A DNA stretch of 64,000 nt from an uncultured Alphaproteobacteria bacterium (GTDB taxonomy: Bacteria; Pseudomonadota; Alphaproteobacteria; HIMB59; GCA-002718135), in NCBI GenBank assembly GCA_902591485.1, contig CACJAV010000002.1:55172-119171 (forward strand), read 5' to 3'. Under the pieces are notes generated by a model that ran no database searches, was not told the origin of the DNA, and saw only the letters and a program-made list of their open reading frames with translations. The first letter of the stretch is position 1; each line of letters begins with the position of its first letter. The position numbers and the translations under genes are program-made. Shown here piece by piece: positions 28,937 to 38,765 of the stretch.

Positions 28937-30925
28937 TTATTTGATACCATATTTATTTTTAAGTTTATTACTTCCAGCTTTAATAATTCTGTCAGCAATA
29001 ATAGATATAAAAGCTACACACAATCCAGCTACTAAGCCTCTTCCTATATCTGCTTTTGTAAGGCCTATGTAAACTTCTTGACCAAGATCTCTAGTACCTA
29101 CCAAGGCTGTAATAACCAACATAGATAAGGCAAGCATTATGGTTTGATTTATTCCTAATAAAATTTCTGGTAAAGCTAAAGGTAATTTAATTTTAAATAA
29201 TAATTGCCTTTGTGAGCATCCACTAATTAACGCTGCTTCTATAATTTGACTATTAATATTTCTTACACCATGTGCAGTATATCTAACTGCAGGAGCTAAT
29301 GCATAAAGAATAACTGCAATCATTGCTGTAAAATCACCAACACGAAAAAGCATTACAACTGGTATTAAGTAAACAAAACTTGGTAAAGTCTGAAGCGTAT
29401 CAATAAAGGCTGTTAAAATTTTATTTGCTCTATCATTTAAGCCTGCCCATACACCTAGAGGAATACCTATAATAGAAGCAATTATTACACTAGAACCGCA
29501 TAAATAAAGTGTAATCATTGCTTTTTCCCAAAGACCAGTAGTTACAATAAAAATTGACATTACAAGACACAACAATGCTAATTTAAATTTTCCAAAATAC
29601 CATCCAATAATTGTTAACACAAAAATAAACCAAGGCCATGGAATGCCTAAAAAGAATTTTTTTATTGGCAGCATAAAAAAAGTTAATAAAGTGATTTTAA
29701 AACTTTCTAGATTATCAAAATAGTTAATATTTATGTACTTAACTAATTCTTCCCAAAATAATGAAGTATTAATCATTAATTCATTTGGAAAGAATTTAAA
29801 AAAGGTGAAAAAATATCCAAGAATATAAATACTAATTATGTATAAAAGTAAAAAAATTATTTTTTTGTATTTATTATAAAAAGTCAGCTGTGTTTTTTTT
29901 GATAAAGTGGGCAAATTAGCAAAAGATTGGCTTAACCGATCCAAAGCAATTGCTATTACAACTATTGCTATCCCTGACTCTATACCTCCTCCTATATCTA
30001 ATCTTCTTAAAGATGCTAAAACATCATATCCTAATCCTCCAGCACCTATCATGGAAGCTATGATAACCATATTAAGAGACAACATTATCACTTGATTTAC
30101 ACCTATTAGTAAAGTTGGTTTTGATACAGGAATTAGAACCTTCCACATTAATTGTCTTTCTGTACAACCAGACATTAATCCGCTTTCTTTTAATTGTGGA
30201 TCAATGTTGTTTAGTGCTAACAGTGTTGTTCTTACCATTGGTGGCATTGCGTAAATTATTGTTGCAATTAATGCTGAAACTGGCCCAAAACCAAACATTA
30301 CTAATATAGGAACTAAGTAAGCAAAGACAGGAACCGTTTGCATGAGATCTAATATTGGGGTTATAATTTTTTCTAAAATTTTTGACTTATAGGACAATAT
30401 TCCAAATAGTATTCCTAGAATAACACCAATTGGAACAGCTATAATTATTGAGGATAAAGTGATCATTGAACTTTGCCATTGATCAAATACCGCCAAATAT
30501 ACTATTGAAAGTACAACCAATATAATTAGAAACTTATCTTTGGTATAAAGGGCAAGGGTAAAAAAAATACCAACAACTGAAATCCAACTTAATGGTTCTA
30601 TTATTTGTATTGCATCCTGACCTTGACCTCTTAATATTCCTTTAGAAAATATAGCTAAAACTATTTTATAAGGTTGCTCTATTATCCAAGCAAACAAACG
30701 AGTAAGATCATTAAAAGTAAATAGCAAAAAATTAGCTTCATTGATTAACCATTTAACAAATGTTGTAGTATAAATTGCAAACGGAAATGAATAATGCTTT
30801 GGATATTTGACTAACCATTTACTGTCAAAGTAGTTTGCTATTTCTTTGCCATACCAATACAAAAGCAATGTTAAGAAAGTTAAAGAAATAAAAATAATTT
30901 TATTAGATATTTTTGTTTTCCGCAT
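28937..30925 (-). CDS. proW: Glycine betaine/proline-betaine ABC transporter permease, tandem-fused double ProW
   Basis: 662 aa and highly hydrophobic. It carries two paralogous permease cores (..VPVFAYLVPILVMFGFGPVSALIATIIYAMPPMVR.. and ..LPSFVYLIPVVMLFRVGDFTAMIAVILYALAPAVR..). Confidence 0.9.
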   Translation of the reverse strand: MRKTKISNKIIFISLTFLTLLLYWYGKEIANYFDSKWLVKYPKHYSFPFAIYTTTFVKWLINEANFLLFTFNDLTRLFAWIIEQPYKIVLAIFSKGILRGQGQDAIQIIEPLSWISVVGIFFTLALYTKDKFLIILVVLSIVYLAVFDQWQSSMITLSSIIIAVPIGVILGILFGILSYKSKILEKIITPILDLMQTVPVFAYLVPILVMFGFGPVSALIATIIYAMPPMVRTTLLALNNIDPQLKESGLMSGCTERQLMWKVLIPVSKPTLLIGVNQVIMLSLNMVIIASMIGAGGLGYDVLASLRRLDIGGGIESGIAIVVIAIALDRLSQSFANLPTLSKKTQLTFYNKYKKIIFLLLYIISIYILGYFFTFFKFFPNELMINTSLFWEELVKYININYFDNLESFKITLLTFFMLPIKKFFLGIPWPWFIFVLTIIGWYFGKFKLALLCLVMSIFIVTTGLWEKAMITLYLCGSSVIIASIIGIPLGVWAGLNDRANKILTAFIDTLQTLPSFVYLIPVVMLFRVGDFTAMIAVILYALAPAVRYTAHGVRNINSQIIEAALISGCSQRQLLFKIKLPLALPEILLGINQTIMLALSMLVITALVGTRDLGQEVYIGLTKADIGRGLVAGLCVAFISIIADRIIKAGSNKLKNKYGIK

Positions 30926-30930
30926 ATTTT

Positions 30931-30960
30931 AAAATTAAAAGGGGGATGTTAATCCCCCTA
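30931..30960 (-). terminator. Intrinsic terminator/attenuator hairpin between proX and proW
   Basis: GGGGGAT (30941-30947) pairs with ATCCCCC (30952-30958) around the loop GTTA. On the transcribed (-) strand the stem is followed by TTTTAATTTT. Confidence 0.6.
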
Positions 30961-30981
30961 AAAAAAAATATTATTAATGGA

Positions 30982-31929
30982 TTATTTTATCCAATTGCCC
31001 CATCTATCTTTATTATTTGCCATCCATTCAGCTACAACAGCTTCAACTGTATTACCATCAAGATCGACAGCCGCAACAAGATTTCCCATTTCATTACTAT
31101 CAAGTGTAAATGCTTCAACAGCATCATAAGCACCTGGCCATTTATCTTTAAGCATGCTGGAAGCAACTTTCCAAATAGGACCTCTTGGTTTACCGCAATC
31201 ATAAGCAGCATTTTTATTTATACCCCATGATGGATCTGTATAACATTCAGTTGTATAAGGAGGGAATTCTACAAATTCCCCATCATATTTAGATGGTGCC
31301 CAATGCGGAGCATAAACCCAAAGCATTATTGGAGCTTTTCTTTGATAAGCAGATTCTAATTCACCAAAAAGAGCTCCATCAGTTCCTGCATGAATTACCT
31401 CCCAATCTAAACCAAGCGCTTCAACACGTTCATCATCATATCCACCCCATGTAACAGGTCCACCTAGGTATCTTCCTTTTGGAGATGTTTCAGGAGTAGA
31501 GAAAGCTTCTGCACAATCATTAAGTGCTTCCCAATTAGGTAGTCCTGGACATTTTTCTTTCATATAGGAAGGGTACCACCATTCCTCAATTGCATCCATC
31601 CCAGTAGTTCCAACGTTAACAACTCTTCCATCAGCCGTGTATTCATCAATAGCATCACGACCAGTTGTTTCCCACATTTCCATTGCTACATGAAGATCTC
31701 CTGTTTGAAGACCTGCAAATTGAGCAATATAATCGGCGGGAACAAGCTCTACGTTGTATCCAGCTTCTTTAAGAACTTCAGCCATAATATTAGTTGTAAT
31801 TAATTGACCTGTCCAATCATGCAAAGTAAGCTTAATAGGATCTTTTGATTCTACCGCATAAATATTTTGTGCAAATAGAATAAAAATAAAACTTAATAAA
31901 ATATTAAATTTATTTTTAAGAATTTTCAT
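30982..31929 (-). CDS. proX: Glycine betaine-binding periplasmic protein (OpuAC/ProX family)
   Basis: 315 aa with a signal peptide (..FAQNIYA). It contains the OpuAC-like WTGQLITTNIMAEVLKEAGY and aromatic-rich segments. A strong SD (GGGAGG) precedes the start. Confidence 0.9.
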   Translation of the reverse strand: MKILKNKFNILLSFIFILFAQNIYAVESKDPIKLTLHDWTGQLITTNIMAEVLKEAGYNVELVPADYIAQFAGLQTGDLHVAMEMWETTGRDAIDEYTADGRVVNVGTTGMDAIEEWWYPSYMKEKCPGLPNWEALNDCAEAFSTPETSPKGRYLGGPVTWGGYDDERVEALGLDWEVIHAGTDGALFGELESAYQRKAPIMLWVYAPHWAPSKYDGEFVEFPPYTTECYTDPSWGINKNAAYDCGKPRGPIWKVASSMLKDKWPGAYDAVEAFTLDSNEMGNLVAAVDLDGNTVEAVVAEWMANNKDRWGNWIK

Positions 31930-32053
31930 TTTACCTCCCAGTAATAATTTTATAAAAATACTAATTAAAACTATTGAATAAAACTACTAAAAACGAATAA
32001 TAAAATCTAATTTTTTCGAGAAATATAAAGATTATTTATTTATTTTTTAAATT

Positions 32054-33064
32054 TTAATTGTTGATAAATCTAGATACTGTTTCTCTATTGAGAGAACCAA
32101 CAATATTATTTGATCTATCAATAACTGAAACTGAGCCTTCAGAAAGAACTTTTTCAAGAATTGAAAATATTTTCTCATCTTCATAAACTGTTAAAGCATT
32201 ACTTGGTTGTTTTTGATTATTCATTATGCTTTTTACAGATAACAACCTCTCTCTTGGAAGGTCTTCAGTAAATTCTTTTACATAATCATCTGCAGGCTTC
32301 ATAATTAAATCTTCAGGACTTCCAATTTGTACTATTCTTCCTTCATTCATAATAATAATTCTATCTGCTAATTTAATTGCTTCATCAAAATCATGAGTAA
32401 TAAAAATAATAGTTTTTTTAAGTGAGTTTTGAATTTTTAAAAACTCATTTTGCATTTCTTTTCTTATTAATGGATCTAATGCAGAAAATGGTTCATCTAG
32501 AAACCATAATTCAGGTTTGACAGCTAAAGAGCGGCCAATACCTACTCTTTGTTGTTGACCTCCTGATAGTTCTTTTGGAAAATAATTTTCTCTTCCTTGA
32601 AGTCCTACTAGATCAATAATTTCCATAGCAGACTTCTCTCTTTCTGCCCTATTTATACCCTGTACTTCTAGAGGGAACGCAATATTTTCTATTACTGTTC
32701 TATGAGGGAAAAGGGCAAAGTGTTGGAATACCATACCCATTTTATGTCTTCTAATTTCAATTAATTCGTTTTTTGTTAATCTTCCCATGTCAATATTTTC
32801 AAAAAAAATTTCTCCAACAGTCGGATCAACTAATCTTGACATGCATCTTACTAGAGTTGATTTTCCTGAACCGCTTAGACCCATTATAACAAGAATCTCA
32901 TTTTCATAAACTTCTAAAGTAGCATTTCTAATTGCCTGAATATAACCATTTTCTTCAATTATTCTTTTATCAGGGTTATAATTATGACTTTGTAAAAATT
33001 CTTTCGGCTTATCTCCATACAGTTTCCAAACATTTTTACATACAAGTTTAGGTGACTTATTCAT
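32054..33064 (-). CDS. proV: Glycine betaine/proline ABC transporter ATP-binding protein
   Basis: 336 aa with Walker A GLSGSGKST, signature LSGGQQQRV and Walker B WFLDEPFSALD, plus a short CBS-like C-terminal tail. Confidence 0.92.
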   Translation of the reverse strand: MNKSPKLVCKNVWKLYGDKPKEFLQSHNYNPDKRIIEENGYIQAIRNATLEVYENEILVIMGLSGSGKSTLVRCMSRLVDPTVGEIFFENIDMGRLTKNELIEIRRHKMGMVFQHFALFPHRTVIENIAFPLEVQGINRAEREKSAMEIIDLVGLQGRENYFPKELSGGQQQRVGIGRSLAVKPELWFLDEPFSALDPLIRKEMQNEFLKIQNSLKKTIIFITHDFDEAIKLADRIIIMNEGRIVQIGSPEDLIMKPADDYVKEFTEDLPRERLLSVKSIMNNQKQPSNALTVYEDEKIFSILEKVLSEGSVSVIDRSNNIVGSLNRETVSRFINN

Positions 33065-33103
33065 CTTTATACTTTATCGTTAAATCCTTTAGTTTCCTCA
33101 TAA

Positions 33104-34108
33104 TTATTTTATTGATAATGAAATAATTTTATTTACCAACTCTGTATTAATACTTCTTGAACCTGTGTCTAAACGATTTTTATGTCTTCTTTCACCTGGT
33201 AGTCTTACACCTTCAAGTGATTTCATTTGTTCAAAAAATTTTTCTGCATGATCATTCCAATTATTTCCTGCAATTAATTCTGGAGAGAGTGCCATTATAA
33301 ATTCACCGCCTCGTGCAGGACCACCATCATTATTATCAGCCTCTTTTGCTTCAAAACTAAATAAGTCACCAACTAATCCTGCGGCTAATAACTCAATCAT
33401 CATTGCAATAGCAGATCCTTTATAATCACCAAAAGTTAACAAAACGCCACCATTAGCAATTTCAGATGGATTATCTGTTTTTTCACCATCTTTATTTAAT
33501 CCAGTACCGAACGGAACTTTATGACCATCTCTTGCAGCAACTTGCACTTCTCCCATCGCCATTGTAGAAGTTGCCATATCATAAACTACAGGAGTGTTAT
33601 TTTTTCTTGGCCAAGCAAATGAAATTGGATTAGTTCCAAATAATGGTTTTTTTGCACCAGCAGGTGCAACACTTGGTTTATAAGCAGTACATGCAATACC
33701 AATTAATTCATTTTCTGCTAAAGCCTCTGTCTCATGCCATAACGCAGCAAAGTGATGCGTATTAGTAATCGTTAAAACACCCACACCATGTTTTTTTGTA
33801 ACCTCTACCAAAGCTGGAATTCCTACACCAATAGCAGTTGGGGCAAATCCATAATCACCTTCCACTCGTATTGCGTTTTGAGTTAAATAATTATTTTTTG
33901 GTCTTGCATCACCTTTAACTTTTTTACTTTTTAAAGCAGCGATATATCCAGGAATTCTAAAAAGCCCGTGGGATACACTTCCATCTCTTTCCGCATTTGT
34001 GACTGTATGTGCAACAGCTTCTGCATTAAGATCATCGCATCCATTAAATTTAAGAGTTTTTAGGGCTAAATTATATATTTCTTCCAGGGATAAATTGGTA
34101 GTTGTCAT
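33104..34108 (-). CDS. Ldh_2 (malate/L-lactate dehydrogenase 2) family oxidoreductase, candidate pyrroline/piperideine-2-carboxylate reductase
   Basis: 334 aa containing SHGLFRIPGY, HHFAALWHE, FGTNPISFA and GDYKG, typical of the Ldh_2 family that includes DpkA. It is the first gene of the proVXW strand block. Confidence 0.8.
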   Translation of the reverse strand: MTTTNLSLEEIYNLALKTLKFNGCDDLNAEAVAHTVTNAERDGSVSHGLFRIPGYIAALKSKKVKGDARPKNNYLTQNAIRVEGDYGFAPTAIGVGIPALVEVTKKHGVGVLTITNTHHFAALWHETEALAENELIGIACTAYKPSVAPAGAKKPLFGTNPISFAWPRKNNTPVVYDMATSTMAMGEVQVAARDGHKVPFGTGLNKDGEKTDNPSEIANGGVLLTFGDYKGSAIAMMIELLAAGLVGDLFSFEAKEADNNDGGPARGGEFIMALSPELIAGNNWNDHAEKFFEQMKSLEGVRLPGERRHKNRLDTGSRSINTELVNKIISLSIK

Positions 34109-34202
34109 AATACTCCTCTTATTAAATCAAATATGAAGTGTCTATTTATAGCGCATTTACAATAAGGATTAAATGGCTAAAGATATATGTATATTTTAAA
34201 TT

Positions 34203-34219
34203 GTTTCAAAATCTGAAAC
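34203..34219. promoter_or_regulatory. Palindrome GTTTCA-N5-TGAAAC in the divergent Ldh_2/soxB intergenic region
   Basis: Perfect 6-bp inverted repeat with a 5-nt spacer, followed by TTTTTATTT, about 40 bp upstream of the sarcosine oxidase soxB ATG. Confidence 0.35.
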
Positions 34220-34259
34220 TTTTTATTTAGGTCAAAATTTTTGAAGATATAGGATTTTT

Positions 34260-35525
34260 ATGACACGTTTTAATGCCTGGAATGTATTTAAAAATGGTTT
34301 TACTGGCCAAAAAAGTTGGGACAGACAATGGCGCGATCCTGTACCAAAAAAAGAATATGATATCATCATAGTGGGAGGAGGCCTTCATGGCTTAGCCACT
34401 GCTTATTATTTAGCAAAAAATCATAATAAAAAAAATATAGCAGTTCTAGAAAAAGGATGGATAGGTGGCGGAAACGCTGGACGAAACACAACAATCGTTC
34501 GTTCGAATTATATGATGCCAGGTAATCATGAATTTTACGAGCATTCATTAAAGCTATGGGAAGATTTAAGTCACGATTTAAATTACAATGTGATGTTTAG
34601 TCAAAGGGCACATGTTTCACTTTTTCATAGTCCAGGCGCAAGAGACGGAGCAGCAAGAAGGTATAACATTATGCGTCTACATGGTACTGATGCTGAAATA
34701 TGGGACTTAGATACTCTAAAAAAAAATATTCCTCATTTAAATTATGATGATGCAAGATTTCCAATCATGGGTGCTGCAGTTCAAAGAAGGGCAGGAAACG
34801 CTAGACATGATTCAGCAGTATGGGGTTTTGCACGAGCTGCAGATAGTTTAGGTGTTGATATATTACAAAATTGTGAAGTAACAGGTGTTAAGAGATCTCA
34901 AAATAATATTGAGAGTTTAGAAACATCAAGAGGAACCATTAAAGCTAAAAAAATAGGATTTGCAGTCGCAGGCCATACATCTGTTTTATGGCAGATGGCA
35001 GGTCTTGGAAATTTACCAATTGAGTCACATAAACTCCAAGCTTTTGTCACAGAGTCTATTAAGCCTCTATTAGATCATGTTGTAGTATACGGTGTTGGTG
35101 GAGCTCATTTTTATATTTCTCAATCAGACAAGGGTAGTATGGTTTTTGGCGGAGATTTAGATTGGTATAAGTCGTATGCCCAAAGGGGAAATCTACCAAT
35201 TGTTCAAGATTGTGCTGAGGCTGCTATGGCTATCATGCCTTGTTTAGGAAGAATACGTCTTTTACGACACTGGGCTGGCGTCATGGATATGTCTATGGAC
35301 GGCTCTTTTTTCATATGCAAAACACCTTTATCGAATTTATATCTTAATGCTGGATGGAATTATGGAGGCTTTAAAGCAAGCCCTGCCTCTGGCTGGTATT
35401 TTGCTGATTTAATAGCTAATGAGCAACCTCATAAACACATACAGAATCATAATTTAGAGAGATTTGAAAAAGGAATTAATATTGACGAGCGTGGAGCTGG
35501 TCCAGATCCAAAGTTGCACGGTTGA
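34260..35525 (+). CDS. soxB: Heterotetrameric sarcosine oxidase beta subunit
   Basis: 421 aa with the FAD motif IIIVGGGLHGLATAYYLA. It is followed by delta, alpha and gamma genes in canonical soxBDAG order. Confidence 0.93.
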   Translation: MTRFNAWNVFKNGFTGQKSWDRQWRDPVPKKEYDIIIVGGGLHGLATAYYLAKNHNKKNIAVLEKGWIGGGNAGRNTTIVRSNYMMPGNHEFYEHSLKLWEDLSHDLNYNVMFSQRAHVSLFHSPGARDGAARRYNIMRLHGTDAEIWDLDTLKKNIPHLNYDDARFPIMGAAVQRRAGNARHDSAVWGFARAADSLGVDILQNCEVTGVKRSQNNIESLETSRGTIKAKKIGFAVAGHTSVLWQMAGLGNLPIESHKLQAFVTESIKPLLDHVVVYGVGGAHFYISQSDKGSMVFGGDLDWYKSYAQRGNLPIVQDCAEAAMAIMPCLGRIRLLRHWAGVMDMSMDGSFFICKTPLSNLYLNAGWNYGGFKASPASGWYFADLIANEQPHKHIQNHNLERFEKGINIDERGAGPDPKLHG

Positions 35526-35526
35526 T

Positions 35527-35811
35527 ATGATTAGAATTAAATGTCCATATTGTGGTGAAAGAGATCATAGTGAGTTCACTTACGGTGGTGATGCTTCTAT
35601 AAAATATCCATCACTAGATGCACCTGCATCAGAGTGGACGAAGGCTATTTTCTTTCGTGAAAATATAAGAGGTATGCAAAAAGAAACTTGGCATCATACA
35701 AATGGTTGCAGACTATGGTTAGAGGTAGAGAGGTCTACGATTACCCATGAAATAAAAAGTGTAAAGGCATGCCATCCACAAATTGAAAAAATTACGAAAA
35801 ATAAATCATGA
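35527..35811 (+). CDS. soxD: Sarcosine oxidase delta subunit
   Basis: 94 aa starting at ATG 35527 (MIRIKCPYCGERDHSEFTYGGDA..), the typical SoxD zinc-finger N-terminus. The ORF-track start at 35464 lies inside soxB and was trimmed. Confidence 0.9.
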   Translation: MIRIKCPYCGERDHSEFTYGGDASIKYPSLDAPASEWTKAIFFRENIRGMQKETWHHTNGCRLWLEVERSTITHEIKSVKACHPQIEKITKNKS

Positions 35812-38765
35812 CTTCGCTAAGAAAAGAAAACTACGGTAAAATTAACAGAGAAAAAGTGCTGGGCTTTAATTGGGATAATAAAGAATATTTTGGATATGAA
35901 GGTGACTCTCTAGCCTCTGCACTATTAGCAAATGATGTTAGAATAGTTGGTAGAAGTTTTAAATATCATCGTCCACGAGGAGTAATGTCTTGTGGCGTTG
36001 AAGAGTCAGGCGCTTTAGTAACTGTTGGATCTGGAAGTAGAAGAGATCCGAATGTTCGTGCAACAACACAAGAACTTTATTCTGGATTAAATGCCTCAGG
36101 TCAAAATGCATTTCCGAATGTTAATTTTGATTTTGGAGGTGTAAATAATTATTTAAGCCGTTTTTTTGCAGCTGGTTTTTATTATAAAACATTTATGGGT
36201 CTACCTCCATTTGAATGGGGTAAGGGCACTGGAATTTGGATGGTTTTTGAAAAAATTATTCGAAAAGCAGCCGGCATGGGTAAAGCTTCTAGAGAACCTG
36301 ATCCAGATAGCTATGAACATGCTAATGATTTTTGTGATGTGCTTGTTATTGGGTCTGGTCCTGCAGGTATTGCTGCAGCTCAAGAAATAGCTAATAATAA
36401 ATTAGATGTTATTTTAATTGAACAGGACTCTTTACTTGGAGGAAATAGTTTATCTCAAAAAGATTTTGATCCTTACCTTTTAAATACTCAACTAAAAAGC
36501 AGTGGTATTAGAGTCATGCCCAGAACAACAGTCTTTGGTATTTATGATAATACTGTTGTTGGAGCGTTGGAAAGAGTTACTGATCATATGCCTACTCCTC
36601 ATAGTAATTTGCCCCGCCAACGTTTTTGGACAATAAGAGCAAAACATATCATTGTAGCAAGTGGTGCTCTTGAAAGACATATTGCATTTAATAACAATGA
36701 TTTACCTGGAGCAATGACTGTAAACGCATCTAAACATTATTTAAATAGATATGGTGTTTTAACCGGAAATAATATTGTCATCTCAACAAATAATGACTCT
36801 GTATATCAAACAGCTAAAGAATTACATGAGGCAGGCTCAAAAGTTACAATTTTAGACTCAAGAGAAAATGTAAATCATGATTTATCAAAAGACATTGATC
36901 TTCATTTAAATACTCTGCCATTTAGTATTAATGGTAGAAAAAAAATTGACGGTATTGATGTTTGTAAAACAACAGATCTATCAAATAAAAATACAATTAT
37001 TTGTGATCAAGTTTTAATGTCAGGAGGCTGGTCACCAATTGTTAATCTTGTGTCTCACCGAGGTATTAAACCTACATGGAATCAAGAAAACTTATGTTTC
37101 ATTCCGGGAGAAATTAAAGAGAATATTTCTGTTGTAGGATCGGCAAAAGGTATTTGGGATGAAAAGAATTGCATAGAGTCAGGCTTTGTTGGTGCTAATG
37201 AAGCAATGAATACTTTTGGTATGCACAAAAAAGAAATTTCTTTTCCATCAGTAGGGGGGTGGTCAAATCCGATAGAGCCTTTATTTGAAGTTAAATCAAA
37301 TAAATTTCCATCAAAAAGTTTTGTAGATTTTCAACATGATGTAACTGCTGAGGATGTAAGATTAGCACACAGAGAAGGGTTTATCTCTGTTGAGCATTTA
37401 AAAAGATACACCACTTTAGGAATGGCAAACGACCAAGGCAAAATGGGCAATATAATTGGTTTATCTCTTATGGCGGAACAACTAGATAAAACTATTCCAC
37501 AAGTTGGAACAACAGTTTTTCGACCACCCTATACACCAGTTCCAATAGGTGCTTTAACAGGAAGAAATGTTGGAAAGCATTTCAGACCTTTAAGAGTAAC
37601 ACCCATGCATCAATGGAATATTGATCATGGAGCAAAAATGATTGAGGTTGGTCTTTATCAAAGACCCTGGTACTATCCTAAAAAAAATGAAACATTAAGT
37701 GATTCATATATTAGGGAGACAACAATTGTTAGAAAAACAGTTGGTATTTGTGATGTTACATCACTGGGTAAAATTGCTATTCAAGGTCCTGATGCAACAG
37801 AACTCGTAAATCGTATTTACACAAACCCCTTTGCTAAACTTCCAATTGGTAAAGCACGTTATGGAATTATGTTACGTGATGATGGTATTGTGATGGATGA
37901 TGGAACGTCATGGAGACTCGGTGAAAATGAATACTTTATGACTACATCAACTGCAGCTGCTGCAAAAGTGATGTCGTGGTTAGAAGAGTTACTCCAGACA
38001 AGATGGACAGATTTAAAAGTTAATGTGACAAGCGTCTCTGAACAATGGGCAGGTGCCGCAATCGCTGGTCCAAAATCTCGAGATGTTTTGAATGAATGTG
38101 TTTTTGATCCAAGTGAAATTACAAATGATAATTTACCTTTCATGGGAGTACTGCAAACTAAACTCAAAGATGGCACACCATGTAGAGTTGTTAGAATAAG
38201 TTTCTCAGGAGAGTTAGCGTACGAGATGTATATTGAGTCTGATTATGCTCATGGAATGATGGACTTATTATGGGAAAGTGCTCAAAAATATGATGGTTGT
38301 TTATATGGTCTTGAGGCTTTAGGAGCTTTAAGGGTTGAAAAAGGACATGTAACTGCTGCTGAGCTTGATGGAAGAGTAACAATTGATGATGCTGGTTTGG
38401 GAAAAATGGCATCAACAAAAAAATCCTACATTGGAAGTGCTATGAGAAAAAGAGGAGTTCTAAGTGCGGATGACAGAGACATGCTAGTTGGTTTTTTCCC
38501 TATAAATGAAAAAGAAACTTTTAATGCTGGCACAATTGTTTGTGAAAAAAATAATATTAAAGGGCAGGGCGTGGGTCGTATAACGTCAGTTACGCATTCG
38601 CCAGAGTTAGGCCATTGGATTGGAATAGGATTTGTTAAAGGAGGTCTTGAAAAGTGGAAAGATATAACACTGATAGGCGCAGATCCAGTAAGAAACAAAC
38701 AAATGGAAATAAAAGTTGTATCACCTCATATGATTGATCCAGAAGGTAAGAGAATGTATGCTTAA
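35808..38765 (+). CDS. soxA: Sarcosine oxidase alpha subunit
   Basis: 985 aa with an ATGA overlap onto soxD. It has the NAD/FAD motif VLVIGSGPAGIAAA and a C-terminal GcvT-like folate-binding domain. Confidence 0.93.
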   Translation: MTSLRKENYGKINREKVLGFNWDNKEYFGYEGDSLASALLANDVRIVGRSFKYHRPRGVMSCGVEESGALVTVGSGSRRDPNVRATTQELYSGLNASGQNAFPNVNFDFGGVNNYLSRFFAAGFYYKTFMGLPPFEWGKGTGIWMVFEKIIRKAAGMGKASREPDPDSYEHANDFCDVLVIGSGPAGIAAAQEIANNKLDVILIEQDSLLGGNSLSQKDFDPYLLNTQLKSSGIRVMPRTTVFGIYDNTVVGALERVTDHMPTPHSNLPRQRFWTIRAKHIIVASGALERHIAFNNNDLPGAMTVNASKHYLNRYGVLTGNNIVISTNNDSVYQTAKELHEAGSKVTILDSRENVNHDLSKDIDLHLNTLPFSINGRKKIDGIDVCKTTDLSNKNTIICDQVLMSGGWSPIVNLVSHRGIKPTWNQENLCFIPGEIKENISVVGSAKGIWDEKNCIESGFVGANEAMNTFGMHKKEISFPSVGGWSNPIEPLFEVKSNKFPSKSFVDFQHDVTAEDVRLAHREGFISVEHLKRYTTLGMANDQGKMGNIIGLSLMAEQLDKTIPQVGTTVFRPPYTPVPIGALTGRNVGKHFRPLRVTPMHQWNIDHGAKMIEVGLYQRPWYYPKKNETLSDSYIRETTIVRKTVGICDVTSLGKIAIQGPDATELVNRIYTNPFAKLPIGKARYGIMLRDDGIVMDDGTSWRLGENEYFMTTSTAAAAKVMSWLEELLQTRWTDLKVNVTSVSEQWAGAAIAGPKSRDVLNECVFDPSEITNDNLPFMGVLQTKLKDGTPCRVVRISFSGELAYEMYIESDYAHGMMDLLWESAQKYDGCLYGLEALGALRVEKGHVTAAELDGRVTIDDAGLGKMASTKKSYIGSAMRKRGVLSADDRDMLVGFFPINEKETFNAGTIVCEKNNIKGQGVGRITSVTHSPELGHWIGIGFVKGGLEKWKDITLIGADPVRNKQMEIKVVSPHMIDPEGKRMYA

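Noticed and set aside
30913-31230. 105-aa plus-strand ORF spanning the proW-proX junction.
   Set aside because: It overlaps the well-supported proX gene and the terminator hairpin, and its sequence has no protein-like motifs.
34109-34259. Glycine riboswitch or another riboswitch upstream of sarcosine oxidase.
   Set aside because: I could not see the conserved G/C-rich cores of a glycine riboswitch. The region is almost purely AT apart from the small palindrome reported separately.
35464-35526. Upstream extension of sarcosine oxidase soxD (ORF-track start at 35464).
   Set aside because: The extension lies inside the 3' end of soxB. The conserved SoxD N-terminus (MIRIKCPYCG) begins at ATG 35527, 1 nt after the soxB stop.
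38734-38757. Upstream extension of soxG (ORF-track start at 38734).
   Set aside because: It overlaps the soxA C-terminus by 32 nt. ATG 38758 gives the common ATG..TAA coupling overlap. This is a judgement call, and the longer form cannot be fully excluded.
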